Of a stretch of 64,000 nt of DNA, positions 20,401-29,010 are shown piece after piece. Under the pieces are notes generated by a model. That model was not told where the DNA came from and made no database searches. It was given only the letters and a program-made list of their open reading frames with translations. The DNA lies in the IMG/VR virus record IMGVR_UViG_3300035670_012130, positions 1-64,000 of that record; one strand, given 5' to 3'. This stretch comes from a virus. The first letter of the stretch is position 1. The number at the start of each line of letters is the position of its first letter. A program made the translations under genes and the position numbers.

Positions 20401-21552
20401 AGAATTGCAAAAGCTGCAAAGAGGCTTTGTGAAGAATTTGAAGTTGCTGAAAAGTTAGTTGCTAAGGCAGTAATTGCTTCTGAAAGAACAGCTGGAATGA
20501 CTGTTACTCAAAGTAAATCTGACTGTATTAGATTTATGTGTAGAGCTGAAGATTTAGATGGTGTACAACCTAGCGACAGCAATTTTGATGAATCATTTAA
20601 GCAAAAGGCAATTGAAGTTTTGCAAGGACATGGATTCCAAGTTGACCCAGGAACATTCTCATTTACAGACCTAATTGTTTCTGAAAATGGAGATGTTACT
20701 GCAACAGTTTCAACATCTTCTTCAAAAACATTCAAGACTGATGAAGAACATGGCGAAATGAATGCTGAAGAAGGCGTTGAAATGCCTGTTATTATGACCG
20801 AAGGTGCTAGAATTGCTAGAAAGAATAGAAGAGACAGTATTTTAGCAAAATATGCACAAGTTGCTCCAGGGATGGGTGCTCCTGCTCCTGCTGGACCTGC
20901 GGCTGGTCCAGTTGATCCAGGTTTAGGTGCTGGTGCCCCTGCTGGTGGTGATTTAGGAATTTCATCACTTACTGGTGGTGCTGATATGAATGAGTCAGCT
21001 GATATGGATGCTATTGCAGAACCAGGCGAAAAGAAGCCTTGGGGTTCAGTCTGCCCAGTTTGTGGCTCTGATGATGTTAATATTTCTGAGTCAAATGCTG
21101 ACTGTCAAAGCTGTGGTACTACTTACAAAATTCTTCAACAAATTGAACTAGTTTCAATGGGAGATAAGGGTAAGTCTTCACCTGAAGAAGAACCAATGGG
21201 ACTTGGACCAGATACAGGTTTAGGTGCAGCTACAGCTCCTACAGAAATGCCACCTGCTGCTCCTGCTGCCCCTGGAATGGGTCCTGTTGCTTCTGATATC
21301 AGAACAATGGTTAGATTATCAGCTACAGTCGATTCTGATGTTTATCTGAAGACTGCATTGCCTTCGTTTGACAGAACTGCAGAATCAATGCTTCCTGTGG
21401 GTATGGTTTGTCCATCTTGCGGAAATAGAGAAGCACATAAAGTCAAGAATAATACATTCTGCTATAAGTGTGGAAATTATTCAAGAACAACTGTACAAGC
21501 CTCAAAGAAAGATCCATCAAAGCTTGATGTGTCCATTACTTGGATAGATTAA
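17416..21552 (+). CDS. Prohead maturation protease fused to a long scaffold/core-like region with Zn ribbons
   Basis: N-terminal NANGDLFSKEEL..YKTFEGVPIYTNH..DIEQAKG..DVSMGASV..CSVCGN..FIELSCV (HK97/assemblin-like protease pattern); helical Ala-rich middle; CPVC/CQSC/CPSC/CYKC at the C-terminus. Confidence 0.75.
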   Translation: MYKVAKGGAITINSFLNENDRNIARDYIIKTASSNMREAAKIGLQSLYADPKEVLEKYKDFDIVKEMQARKGAKLLWVRARAIDADVVNANGDLFSKEELLKEVEIKGKKIPSYKTFEGVPIYTNHKNDDIEQAKGMVVYAEWDEEEDCVYCTFFVDEEAYPDIARNIRTGVIHDVSMGASVEWGVCSVCGNKAYTERDYCDHLKRYKGKIYPESGKKAYEKNYGVKFIELSCVGDGAFESCEIQEIYDVDDVLDAAMNLEKKANEISANIVLALQGSPQESSSRTEYENCLRVANSTAKTAVRLAQQAGTLVGGPLLAGAGANQNSTVQAVLTALGIDPASGLNILDLINLSLNFLEVAVMNMFARKDNVDLGHVGKVTKSMAELQSTMQDMIDDGIDVGSGQRPQQINQPQNMQQGQAPQASPMNANIGLANYAPTESVGKIMDLTYSGDQGSQVGGGVALASSVHNLVWASRDGKREVFASAQNGSSSNKILNLTQSILNLKENLNNSTQIQKSIDNVIRIANERSKNIKTNTPFVAGSRNQMDHFAKIASEQRKKLAAAVTIDFKVEDNAGNRVVLSTDGSITGYTNGKRTAWEPILNENQLGLMENGQGTRVAAELLKDYSQFVKTALLDVKERLDDREKQLDEVRSGESYDNLHEGVKSKNTGVVNEVREKQLAPKQTGSSQDAVTEILLGDAGLYGRRVKDEEVRKSLTQLVDEVTHGVPTEVLEKQLSNHRAEGSANATEIMTATITALGKAVISSLETPKTIVRVAQTLAQEPMLPEMIGTAAAGTEMEADKAEKTDFFGGDATPENSVSAVLKQLGAAVTSEITAKDLADALSVAVEEGEMTKEGVSRIAELLMGQANVPDEGLDVETAPSKTEELKSALMSAVDADADLISKDDLKSAISAMAMSSKETGTTPDEVVDSVDAMPEKQLMAAIDRAKTATATDGRLRARARREFWGVKTASTKNISDNVVGWLADYSTNFGISTRRIAKAAKRLCEEFEVAEKLVAKAVIASERTAGMTVTQSKSDCIRFMCRAEDLDGVQPSDSNFDESFKQKAIEVLQGHGFQVDPGTFSFTDLIVSENGDVTATVSTSSSKTFKTDEEHGEMNAEEGVEMPVIMTEGARIARKNRRDSILAKYAQVAPGMGAPAPAGPAAGPVDPGLGAGAPAGGDLGISSLTGGADMNESADMDAIAEPGEKKPWGSVCPVCGSDDVNISESNADCQSCGTTYKILQQIELVSMGDKGKSSPEEEPMGLGPDTGLGAATAPTEMPPAAPAAPGMGPVASDIRTMVRLSATVDSDVYLKTALPSFDRTAESMLPVGMVCPSCGNREAHKVKNNTFCYKCGNYSRTTVQASKKDPSKLDVSITWID

Positions 21553-21559
21553 TATTTAT

Positions 21560-21595
21560 AAATAGTGAGGGAAAAAATCCCTCACTATTTTCTTT
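21560..21595 (+). terminator. Intrinsic terminator
   Basis: aaatagtgaggga-aaaaa-tccctcactattt followed by tcttt. Confidence 0.85.
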
Positions 21596-21600
21596 AAAAA

Positions 21601-21626
21601 AGGTGTAAAAACAATTTATCTAGAAG
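21601..21626 (+). promoter_or_regulatory. Putative late promoter AGGT-N17-AGAAG
   Basis: Recurring spaced motif right after a terminator, upstream of the scaffold-capsid operon. Confidence 0.65.
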
Positions 21627-21706
21627 TTAAAAAAAAGTTTATAAATAACTAATTTATAGATTCTTTGATAAAAGATTTTATTTTTATTAAGGGAAGCAGC
21701 ATAAAA

Positions 21707-23377
21707 ATGAACAAAAATTCGAATAGAGCCAATCAGGAAAGATTTGCAGCAATGAAATTAGCTGAAATCAATGCAACTGATAAGGAAGATCTTATGAACT
21801 GCGCTTCCGACATGGAAAAGACAGCATCTTTGGATGCCAATGAAGCTGTCGTTGTCGCAAAAGCAATTAGAGCAAAATATCTTCCAAACATTGCAAGACA
21901 AGCTGGTCTTGATGTTTCAAATTTAGACCTTGATCATGGCAAAGAGACTGTTGACTTCGCAAACGATGAATCTGACGATGAAGACGATGATATGGAATTT
22001 CACCACTTTGAGAGTGATGAAGATTCAGAAGATGTAGATGATGATGACATGTCTGATGAAGACATGGATGACGAAGACGAAGTAGAAGATAGTGATGATG
22101 TCGCCACTTTTGAGATTGAAGTTCCCGCTGATATGGTTGACCAAGCACAAAAAGCTGTGCAAGAGGCGCTAGATAATCTTCTTGGCGGAGATGATGATTC
22201 TGACGAAGATGATGATGAAGATATCACCCATTTTAATGATGACGAAGATGATATGGATTCAGAAGATGAGTCAGATGATGACGAAGATGAAGAAACACAA
22301 TTTATGAAAAAAAGCAACGAGGTTAGATCAATGACTAAACAAGCATTGGCTGAGCGCAAGGCACAGAGAGAAGCTCTCTTGAGAAGAGCAGAAAGAGAAG
22401 AAATTCTCATGAAGATTGCTTCAGAAGAAGAGACTTATCCAGCGTCAGCCTCCTTTAAGTATAACGAAGATTTAGTTGATATGCACGGGGAAGTTGAATA
22501 TCCAAGCATGACTATGGAAAGCAGTGAAGGAAACTCACTCAAGGAACAAAACCCAACTTGGGCTGAACAAAAAGTTCCTACAATGAATCCTGATTCATTA
22601 GAATTTCCTTCAGTAACAAAGCCTAGCAAGTTTGAAGGTTCTGGAGATGGCTCATTAGAGTATACAGTTGATTGGAACAAATTAGAGAATCCTTCTGAAG
22701 GACTTGAAGATGCTGATCAACCTGAGATTCCAACACAAATGCCTTCAATGCCACATAAGACCACCAGAACAGTTGGTGCTTCTGCTGAACACGATGTTGA
22801 ATGCACCGCTTGCGGAACATCAATGAGAATGACAGAAGCAGCTATGGAAGATCCTAACACAAGATGTGCAAATAAGGAATGTCCTACAAATGCTGAATCT
22901 GAAGATCACAAAGAAGTTGAAGCACAAAATGTTGATACAAGACAACATGTTAACACTCAAAAGAAGATTAATGACACTCAAGTAGAATTGGATAATGCTT
23001 TCCAAACTGTAAATGAACTCAAAAAATCTTCTGTTGATGTAGCAAGAATTAAGACTTCTTACAGTTGTGCAACAAAATTAGCTTTAGCTGGAATTATTAC
23101 CTCTGATGAAGTTGATTCATATGCAGAACAAATGATCAATGATGGTCTCAAGTCTGATTCAATGATCAGACAAACCAAACTCTTACTTAAGTCCGCACAG
23201 TCTTCAACTGAAAGAGTTGCAGCAGCTGCAGCTGAAAGAATGAGCACTAGAACCGCTTCAACATTGGGCGTATCTACATCTCCTGCATTAAGTGGTGGTT
23301 TATCCGCTAATAGTGCAGCTCTTGACATTCAAGGCGCACTTAAGGGCACTTGGACAATGCCAAACATCGAAGACTAA
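21707..23377 (+). CDS. Putative acidic scaffolding/core protein
   Basis: ATG 21707 after AAGGGA; long Asp/Glu tracts; lies between protease and capsid genes; KTAS/KIAS/KSAQ/RTAS motifs. Confidence 0.6.
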   Translation: MNKNSNRANQERFAAMKLAEINATDKEDLMNCASDMEKTASLDANEAVVVAKAIRAKYLPNIARQAGLDVSNLDLDHGKETVDFANDESDDEDDDMEFHHFESDEDSEDVDDDDMSDEDMDDEDEVEDSDDVATFEIEVPADMVDQAQKAVQEALDNLLGGDDDSDEDDDEDITHFNDDEDDMDSEDESDDDEDEETQFMKKSNEVRSMTKQALAERKAQREALLRRAEREEILMKIASEEETYPASASFKYNEDLVDMHGEVEYPSMTMESSEGNSLKEQNPTWAEQKVPTMNPDSLEFPSVTKPSKFEGSGDGSLEYTVDWNKLENPSEGLEDADQPEIPTQMPSMPHKTTRTVGASAEHDVECTACGTSMRMTEAAMEDPNTRCANKECPTNAESEDHKEVEAQNVDTRQHVNTQKKINDTQVELDNAFQTVNELKKSSVDVARIKTSYSCATKLALAGIITSDEVDSYAEQMINDGLKSDSMIRQTKLLLKSAQSSTERVAAAAAERMSTRTASTLGVSTSPALSGGLSANSAALDIQGALKGTWTMPNIED

Positions 23378-23411
23378 TAGTCTTAAAAAATACTAAGGAG
23401 AAAATAATTAA

Positions 23412-24068
23412 ATGGCTATTCGTGCATTAAATACACTCGTAGTTGCAAACTACAATACAGCTGCTTCTGCTTCATGGCTTGCAGGTGATGCTCTTTACCT
23501 TCAATCTGATGGTACTGTTGCAGCAGCTTACAGAGCAGGTAGTGGTTTTACTACAATCACTCAACAATTAGGTAAATTTGTTGGTTTCTCTGCTGATGAT
23601 ACAGCAAGAACTGGCAATACTATGATCCTTGCCGATCCTGTTGGATCTTCATATACTGACGCTTCTGGCGTTCTTCAAGCAAATAACAACGGTTTTTACG
23701 TTGTTTCAAAGAGAGCAATTGGCGACTTTTTAGCTGAGAACGTAAATGGTGTAACCAACCCAACAGCTGGATCTTCTGGATATGAAGGCCCAAGAAGAGG
23801 CGTTGGTGTTTTCAACACCCCAGGTGCTCAATTCATCACTGATAGATTTGCTGGAACTGCTTCTTCAACCATCACCACCGACGGTGGTTCTTGGACTCCT
23901 GCTGTAGGAGATCTTCTTACAATTGCTGCTGCATCTGGTAATGCTGGCAAGCTTGTATTATTAGATCCTGCTGCATTAGGAACTGATGGTATTGTTGTTG
24001 GTAGAGTTGATTCTTATGATTCTGCTGCAGGCTTATTGTACTTTACTCAATTGAGTTCAACAGGCTAG
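23412..24068 (+). CDS. Putative head decoration/minor capsid protein, copy A
   Basis: 218 aa; Gly/Ala/Thr-rich, beta-type; AAGGAG RBS; upstream of the MCP. Confidence 0.6.
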   Translation: MAIRALNTLVVANYNTAASASWLAGDALYLQSDGTVAAAYRAGSGFTTITQQLGKFVGFSADDTARTGNTMILADPVGSSYTDASGVLQANNNGFYVVSKRAIGDFLAENVNGVTNPTAGSSGYEGPRRGVGVFNTPGAQFITDRFAGTASSTITTDGGSWTPAVGDLLTIAAASGNAGKLVLLDPAALGTDGIVVGRVDSYDSAAGLLYFTQLSSTG

Positions 24069-24257
24069 TAAACATCTTTAGTTAAAGATGTAATTGTCAA
24101 AATAGTACAAATGATCGTCAGAAATACATCAATTAAATGGTTCTTGGAAATCCTAATGGGTAAACAAGTTTTGGCATTATGTGTACTTTGAATGGCTTTC
24201 AATCAAAGTCAAAAACCGAGAAATAAATTTCTCAACAAATAATTAGGAGATAAAACA

Positions 24258-24911
24258 ATGGCTATTCGTGCATTAAACACACTCGTAGTTGCAAACTACA
24301 ATACAGCTTCAGATGCTTCGTTTTTAGCTGGTGACGCACTTTATGTTAAGTCTGACGGTACTGTTGCTGCAGCTTACAGATCATTGAGTGCTTTCAATAC
24401 CCTTGCAAAGCAATTAGGTACATTTGTTGGATTTTCAGCTGATGATACTGCAAGAACTGGCAATACCATGATTCTTGCCGATCCAGTTGGATCTTCATAC
24501 ACTGATGCATCTGGTGTTCTTCAAACAAATAACAACGGCTTTTACGTTGTTTCAAAGAGAGCAATTGGTGATTTCTTAGCTGAAAACGTCAATGGTGTAA
24601 CAAACCCAACTGCAGGTTCTTCTGGATATGAAGGACCAAGAAGAGGTGTTGGAGTTTTCAATACCCCTGGTGGTCAATTTGTAACTGATAGATGGGTATC
24701 TACTGGTTCCACATCGGTCACTTTAGACGGTGCTTCTGGTTCCTGGACCCCTGCTGCAGGTGATCTTCTTACAGTTGCTGGAGCTTCTGGCAATGCAGGT
24801 AAGCTTACCAGATTGGGTACTGTTGGAACTGATGGTGTTATCGTCGGTAGAGTAGATTCTTATGATTCTGCTTCTGGTCTTATTTACTTCACACAACTTA
24901 GTGGAGTCTAA
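24258..24911 (+). CDS. Putative head decoration/minor capsid protein, copy B (paralog of 23412-24068)
   Basis: 217 aa; alignable end to end with copy A; AGGAG RBS. Confidence 0.6.
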   Translation: MAIRALNTLVVANYNTASDASFLAGDALYVKSDGTVAAAYRSLSAFNTLAKQLGTFVGFSADDTARTGNTMILADPVGSSYTDASGVLQTNNNGFYVVSKRAIGDFLAENVNGVTNPTAGSSGYEGPRRGVGVFNTPGGQFVTDRWVSTGSTSVTLDGASGSWTPAAGDLLTVAGASGNAGKLTRLGTVGTDGVIVGRVDSYDSASGLIYFTQLSGV

Positions 24912-24945
24912 TCGGTTTGGAATGTTTTAAGGAGAATTAATTAAA

Positions 24946-25800
24946 ATGTCAATGATTAAAAGAAACACAAATGAGCAAAGAGAATCCATTATTGCAATGG
25001 CTCTCGAGACTCCAGAGGGACGCACAGCATTGGCTCAAGCTATGGTTGAGCCAATCAAGACCTCCCTCATGTACCAAGCCATCGGTCGCAAGCTTTTGAT
25101 GGTTGATGAGCTCCCACAAGGCGCTCTTGCTCGCTACGAGAGAGACGTTGCAGTTAAGTCATACGTCATTCCTAAGCGTGGTGCTGTTCCTACTGCAGAA
25201 GTTGAGGCTGAAGAGCTTCTCGTTCCTACAGTTGAATTAGCTGCACATCCACAAATTCGCTTGAACGAAATTCGCCAAAGAAGATTCTACATTGTCGATA
25301 GAGCTCAAGTTCGTGCTAAGGACTCCCTTCAAAGACAAGAAGATACCGAAGTCTTCAAGGTTATCAATGCTGGCGTTCCAACTGACCAAGCAATTTCCGT
25401 TTCCGGTACTCTCCAACCAGAGAACGTCAACCTTGCGTTGACCCTCATTGAAGAGCACGAGTTGATCGGTGCTAAGGTTGTTCTTCACCCACAACGCTAT
25501 AAGGATATCAGAAACTGGGGTAAGGAATTCTTCGATGAGGCAACTCAAAGAGACATCCTTATGACTGGTCTCTACGGACACATTTATTCCGCTGACATCC
25601 ACGTTTCCACAATGGTTCCTAAGAACAGCGTTTACGTTCTCGCACCTGCCCAATTCGTTGGTGCAATGCCAGTTCGCCAAGACATCACTGTCCTCCCAGC
25701 AGACGATCCAAAGAGACTTAGACTCGGATGGGTTGTTTACGAAGAGCTCGGTTTTGCTCTTATCAATGACTATGCAGTTTCAAGAATTACCGTAAGCTAA
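24946..25800 (+). CDS. Major capsid protein (HK97 fold, compact type)
   Basis: 284 aa; AAGGAG RBS; last gene of the head operon before a strong terminator; GRTALAQAMVEPI..GRKLLMVDELPQGA, C-terminal GWVVYEELGFALIN; strong C-ending codon bias. Confidence 0.85.
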   Translation: MSMIKRNTNEQRESIIAMALETPEGRTALAQAMVEPIKTSLMYQAIGRKLLMVDELPQGALARYERDVAVKSYVIPKRGAVPTAEVEAEELLVPTVELAAHPQIRLNEIRQRRFYIVDRAQVRAKDSLQRQEDTEVFKVINAGVPTDQAISVSGTLQPENVNLALTLIEEHELIGAKVVLHPQRYKDIRNWGKEFFDEATQRDILMTGLYGHIYSADIHVSTMVPKNSVYVLAPAQFVGAMPVRQDITVLPADDPKRLRLGWVVYEELGFALINDYAVSRITVS

Positions 25801-25816
25801 TTCTAAACTAGTCAGT

Positions 25817-25850
25817 AAAAAAGGAGAGTTGATTTCAACTCTCCTTTTTT
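25817..25850 (+). terminator. Intrinsic (bidirectional-type) terminator
   Basis: aaaaaaggagagttg-attt-caactctcctttttt. Confidence 0.9.
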
Positions 25851-25876
25851 CATTTAAATAATGGTAAAATTATTGT

Positions 25877-27190
25877 ATGACTAAAGAAGAATTACTAAAA
25901 TTAGTTGAAAATTATATTATAAGTGAACCAAGCAAAAAATGGAGACCTGGCAAAGATCATGTTCATTACGCTGGTCCTTATTTTGATCACACTGAAATTG
26001 TTAGATCAGTCTCTACATTATTGGATGGCTGGTTAGTATTGGGTGCTGAAGCTTACAAAGCTGAAAAGAAATTAGCGTCATTATTTGGCAAAAATCATGC
26101 GTTATTGACTAACTCAGGTAGTAGCAGCAACCTTCTCATGATGTCTGCACTTAAGTCAAAAAGATACCTCAATTTACCTGAAGGTACAAAGGTTTTGACA
26201 CCTATTGCTGGATTTCCTACAACTATTAATCCTATTTTTCAATGTGGATTCAAGCCTGTTTTTGTAGATATTACTTTAGATGGCTTGAATTTAAATTTAG
26301 ATGATGTTGAAGCTACATTACAAGCAGATCCAGAAATCAAAATTATTACATTTGCTCATGTTTTAGGAAATCCACCTGACATGTACAGATTATTAGATAT
26401 TATTGATCACTATGGTTTAATTTTATTAGAAGATTGTTGTGATGCTTTGGGTTCAACTTTTGACGGTAATCCTTTGGGCAGTTTTGGAACAATGGCTTCT
26501 TGTTCATTTTACCCAGCTCATCATATTACTTGTGGAGAAGGCGGACTGGTTGTTTGTAATGATGATAATTTAGAAAGAGTAATTCGTTCTATTCGTGATT
26601 GGGGACGTGGCTGTTTCTGCATTGGTAAGCAAAATATCACTGAGTGTGGTGCTTGTAATAAAAGATTTTCTGAATGGCTGCCTAGTATCCCGGGAGAAGT
26701 TTTTGATCACAAGTATGTCTATGAAGAAATTGGATACAACTTAAAGCCAATTGAAGTTCAAGCTAGTATGTTATTAGCTCAAATTGATAAACTCGGTGAA
26801 ATTAAAAAACTACGACAGAGAAATCATAGACTATTAACTGAAGTATTTGCAAAGTACGAAGAATATTTTGTTCTTCCAGTAGCTCAAAAAAACTCAGATG
26901 TAAACTGGTTTGCTTTTCCGATTACGGTTAAAGATAATGCGCCTTTTAAGAGAAGTGATCTTTGTCAATATTTTGAATCACATAAAATTCAAACTAGACC
27001 ATACTTTGCTGGCAATATTTTAATGCAACCAGCTTATAGTCATTTAGTAGGAGATATGGATCTTAGTGATTTCCCAGTAGCTAAAAAAATTACTACAGAC
27101 ACATTTTTCTTGGGCACTTCACCAGTAATAACTGAAGAGCAGATTGCATACATTGGTGAAGTTTTAGATAGCTTTATGAACAAAGATTAG
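25877..27190 (+). CDS. rfbH: CDP-4-keto-6-deoxyglucose 3-dehydratase (E1/DdhC/RfbH)
   Basis: NSGSSSNL, SFYPAHHITCGEGG (His in place of the PLP Lys), RDWGRGCFC..CGAC Fe-S motif, DHKYVYEEIGYNLKP. Confidence 0.92.
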   Translation: MTKEELLKLVENYIISEPSKKWRPGKDHVHYAGPYFDHTEIVRSVSTLLDGWLVLGAEAYKAEKKLASLFGKNHALLTNSGSSSNLLMMSALKSKRYLNLPEGTKVLTPIAGFPTTINPIFQCGFKPVFVDITLDGLNLNLDDVEATLQADPEIKIITFAHVLGNPPDMYRLLDIIDHYGLILLEDCCDALGSTFDGNPLGSFGTMASCSFYPAHHITCGEGGLVVCNDDNLERVIRSIRDWGRGCFCIGKQNITECGACNKRFSEWLPSIPGEVFDHKYVYEEIGYNLKPIEVQASMLLAQIDKLGEIKKLRQRNHRLLTEVFAKYEEYFVLPVAQKNSDVNWFAFPITVKDNAPFKRSDLCQYFESHKIQTRPYFAGNILMQPAYSHLVGDMDLSDFPVAKKITTDTFFLGTSPVITEEQIAYIGEVLDSFMNKD

Positions 27191-27222
27191 TGTTAAAGAA
27201 CTAATAGAGTATAAGAATTAGT

Positions 27223-29010
27223 ATGTCTATAGAGAATAATTATATAGTTTCAGATCACATCGCAGAGTGGTTGGAAAATCACGAAATATCTGTGGTATTT
27301 GGAATTATTGGATCTGCTAATTCTTATATTTTTGATTCAATAATAAGAAGAGGATACACTAAAATTATATATATGCATCACGAACAAGCTGTTGCTATGG
27401 CTGCTGGTGCATACTATCGTACAAGTGGAAAGATTTCAGTTGCTATTGTTACTGCTGGTGGTGGCGCCTCTAATGCTATCACTGGAGTATTGAGTAATTG
27501 GGCTGATTCAATACCTTGTATCGTTATGTCTGGACAAGAATCTACAAAATATATTGAACAACATGAACACCTAAGAATGTATGGTACTCAGGGTTTTGAT
27601 GTAGTAAATATGGTTCAAAAAATCACCAAATTTGCCCAGATAGTAGATAAGCCAAGCGAGATTATTCTTTCTCTTGATAAAGCATATAAAATAGCTTTAT
27701 CTGGTAGGCAGGGTCCAGTTTGGCTTGATCTGCCTATGGATGTGCAATCTACAAAAATAAACAAATCAGAATTATTACCCAGTGAAACAGAATATTCTGA
27801 AGATTCAGACATTGACCTGAACTATCTTATTGAATTGATGAACGTATCTGAAAAACCCGTAATTTTAGCTGGACATGGGATTCGATTATCAAAGTCAATA
27901 AATGAATTCAACTGTCTGGTTTCTAAGTTTCAAATTCCTATATTGCATTCTTGGTCAGCAATTGATGTCATTTCAAGTGATAATCCTCTTAATTTTGGGT
28001 GCCCGGGGATTTATGGGCAGAGAGTTGCTAATTTTATAATTCAAAATTGTGATTTATTAATTGTAATTGGAAGCCGTCTAGCATTACCTCAAACAAGTTA
28101 TAACATTGATAATTTTGCTCCTAATGCTAAAATTGTTATGATCAATAATGACGAAAATGAATTAAATAAACATTCTCGCTATGAAATTAAAATAAATTCT
28201 GATTGCAAAAAATTTATTGAATCTTTGATGCTTTATTCGCCTGATTCTTATAAACCTGAGTGGGTAGACAAATGCAATTTTTATAAGCAAGAATTCCCTT
28301 TGATTGAAGATTGCCATTTGAAAGACAATGAAAATTTTGACAATTCATATGTGTTTATTAATCAAATATCTCAGATTTTGGATGATGATCATATTATTGT
28401 CATAGGTCAAGGAACGCCTTTACCTTGTGCTCATCAAGCTCTTTTTCACAAAAGTAATCAAACAATATTTGCATCTAATGGATTAGGAGAAATGGGCAAT
28501 GGACTTCCTTCTGCTATTGGCGCTGCAATAGCTTCTCCTGAAAAGAAAATAATTCTTTTTGACGGTGATGGGAGCTCTATGATGAATTTACAAGAAATGC
28601 AAACTTTGATAGGGTACAACATTCCATTAAAAATTGTCATTTTTAATAATGATGGATATTTGTTTATCAAGCATACACAGAAGATGTTATTTGAAGGAAG
28701 ATACACTGGAGTTGATGCTGAAACTGGAGTATCTCTTCCTAAATTTTCTAAAATTGCTAATGCATTCGGAATTGAATATTTCAGCAGTGTTGACAATAAT
28801 GTTCAAGAATTTCTAAATTTTGAAAGATGCGCAATATACGAAATCTTCATGAACCCAGAACAAGATTTAGTTCCAAAAGTTAAAGGTATAATGACAGAGA
28901 GTGGATTTTTATCACCACCAATCGAAGATATGTCGCCACTATTACCTTTAGAAACTATACAAAAATGCATGACAAAGGTTAATAAAATTTCTTATGAGAT
29001 AAGATCATGA
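27223..29010 (+). CDS. ThDP-dependent acetolactate-synthase-like enzyme (YerE-like carboligase)
   Basis: HHEQAVAMAA, GRQGPVWLDLPMDVQ, GDGSSMMNLQE..NNDGY; follows the 3-dehydratase. Confidence 0.88.
   Translation: MSIENNYIVSDHIAEWLENHEISVVFGIIGSANSYIFDSIIRRGYTKIIYMHHEQAVAMAAGAYYRTSGKISVAIVTAGGGASNAITGVLSNWADSIPCIVMSGQESTKYIEQHEHLRMYGTQGFDVVNMVQKITKFAQIVDKPSEIILSLDKAYKIALSGRQGPVWLDLPMDVQSTKINKSELLPSETEYSEDSDIDLNYLIELMNVSEKPVILAGHGIRLSKSINEFNCLVSKFQIPILHSWSAIDVISSDNPLNFGCPGIYGQRVANFIIQNCDLLIVIGSRLALPQTSYNIDNFAPNAKIVMINNDENELNKHSRYEIKINSDCKKFIESLMLYSPDSYKPEWVDKCNFYKQEFPLIEDCHLKDNENFDNSYVFINQISQILDDDHIIVIGQGTPLPCAHQALFHKSNQTIFASNGLGEMGNGLPSAIGAAIASPEKKIILFDGDGSSMMNLQEMQTLIGYNIPLKIVIFNNDGYLFIKHTQKMLFEGRYTGVDAETGVSLPKFSKIANAFGIEYFSSVDNNVQEFLNFERCAIYEIFMNPEQDLVPKVKGIMTESGFLSPPIEDMSPLLPLETIQKCMTKVNKISYEIRS

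Larger units (their letters stand above)
23412..24911 (+). repeat. Tandem direct gene duplication (~655 bp units, 189 bp spacer)
   Basis: Both start atggctattcgtgcattaaa(t/c)acactcgtagttgcaaactacaatacagct; many synonymous differences. Confidence 0.95.

Noticed and set aside
5143-21552. Inteins in the terminase, portal or protease
   Set aside because: No C-start/HN-[CST] splice junction pairs or LAGLIDADG blocks were recognisable.
21960-22295. GAT/GAA-rich repetitive DNA as a possible tandem repeat or CRISPR array
   Set aside because: It encodes the Asp/Glu tracts of the scaffold; there is no constant repeat-spacer structure.
23412-24911. Diversity-generating retroelement template/variable repeat pair
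   Set aside because: Both copies are complete genes with SDs, differences are not adenine-specific, and no reverse transcriptase is present in the window.
24946-25800. Cellular encapsulin operon instead of a phage capsid gene
   Set aside because: Terminase, portal, protease, neck and tail genes surround it.
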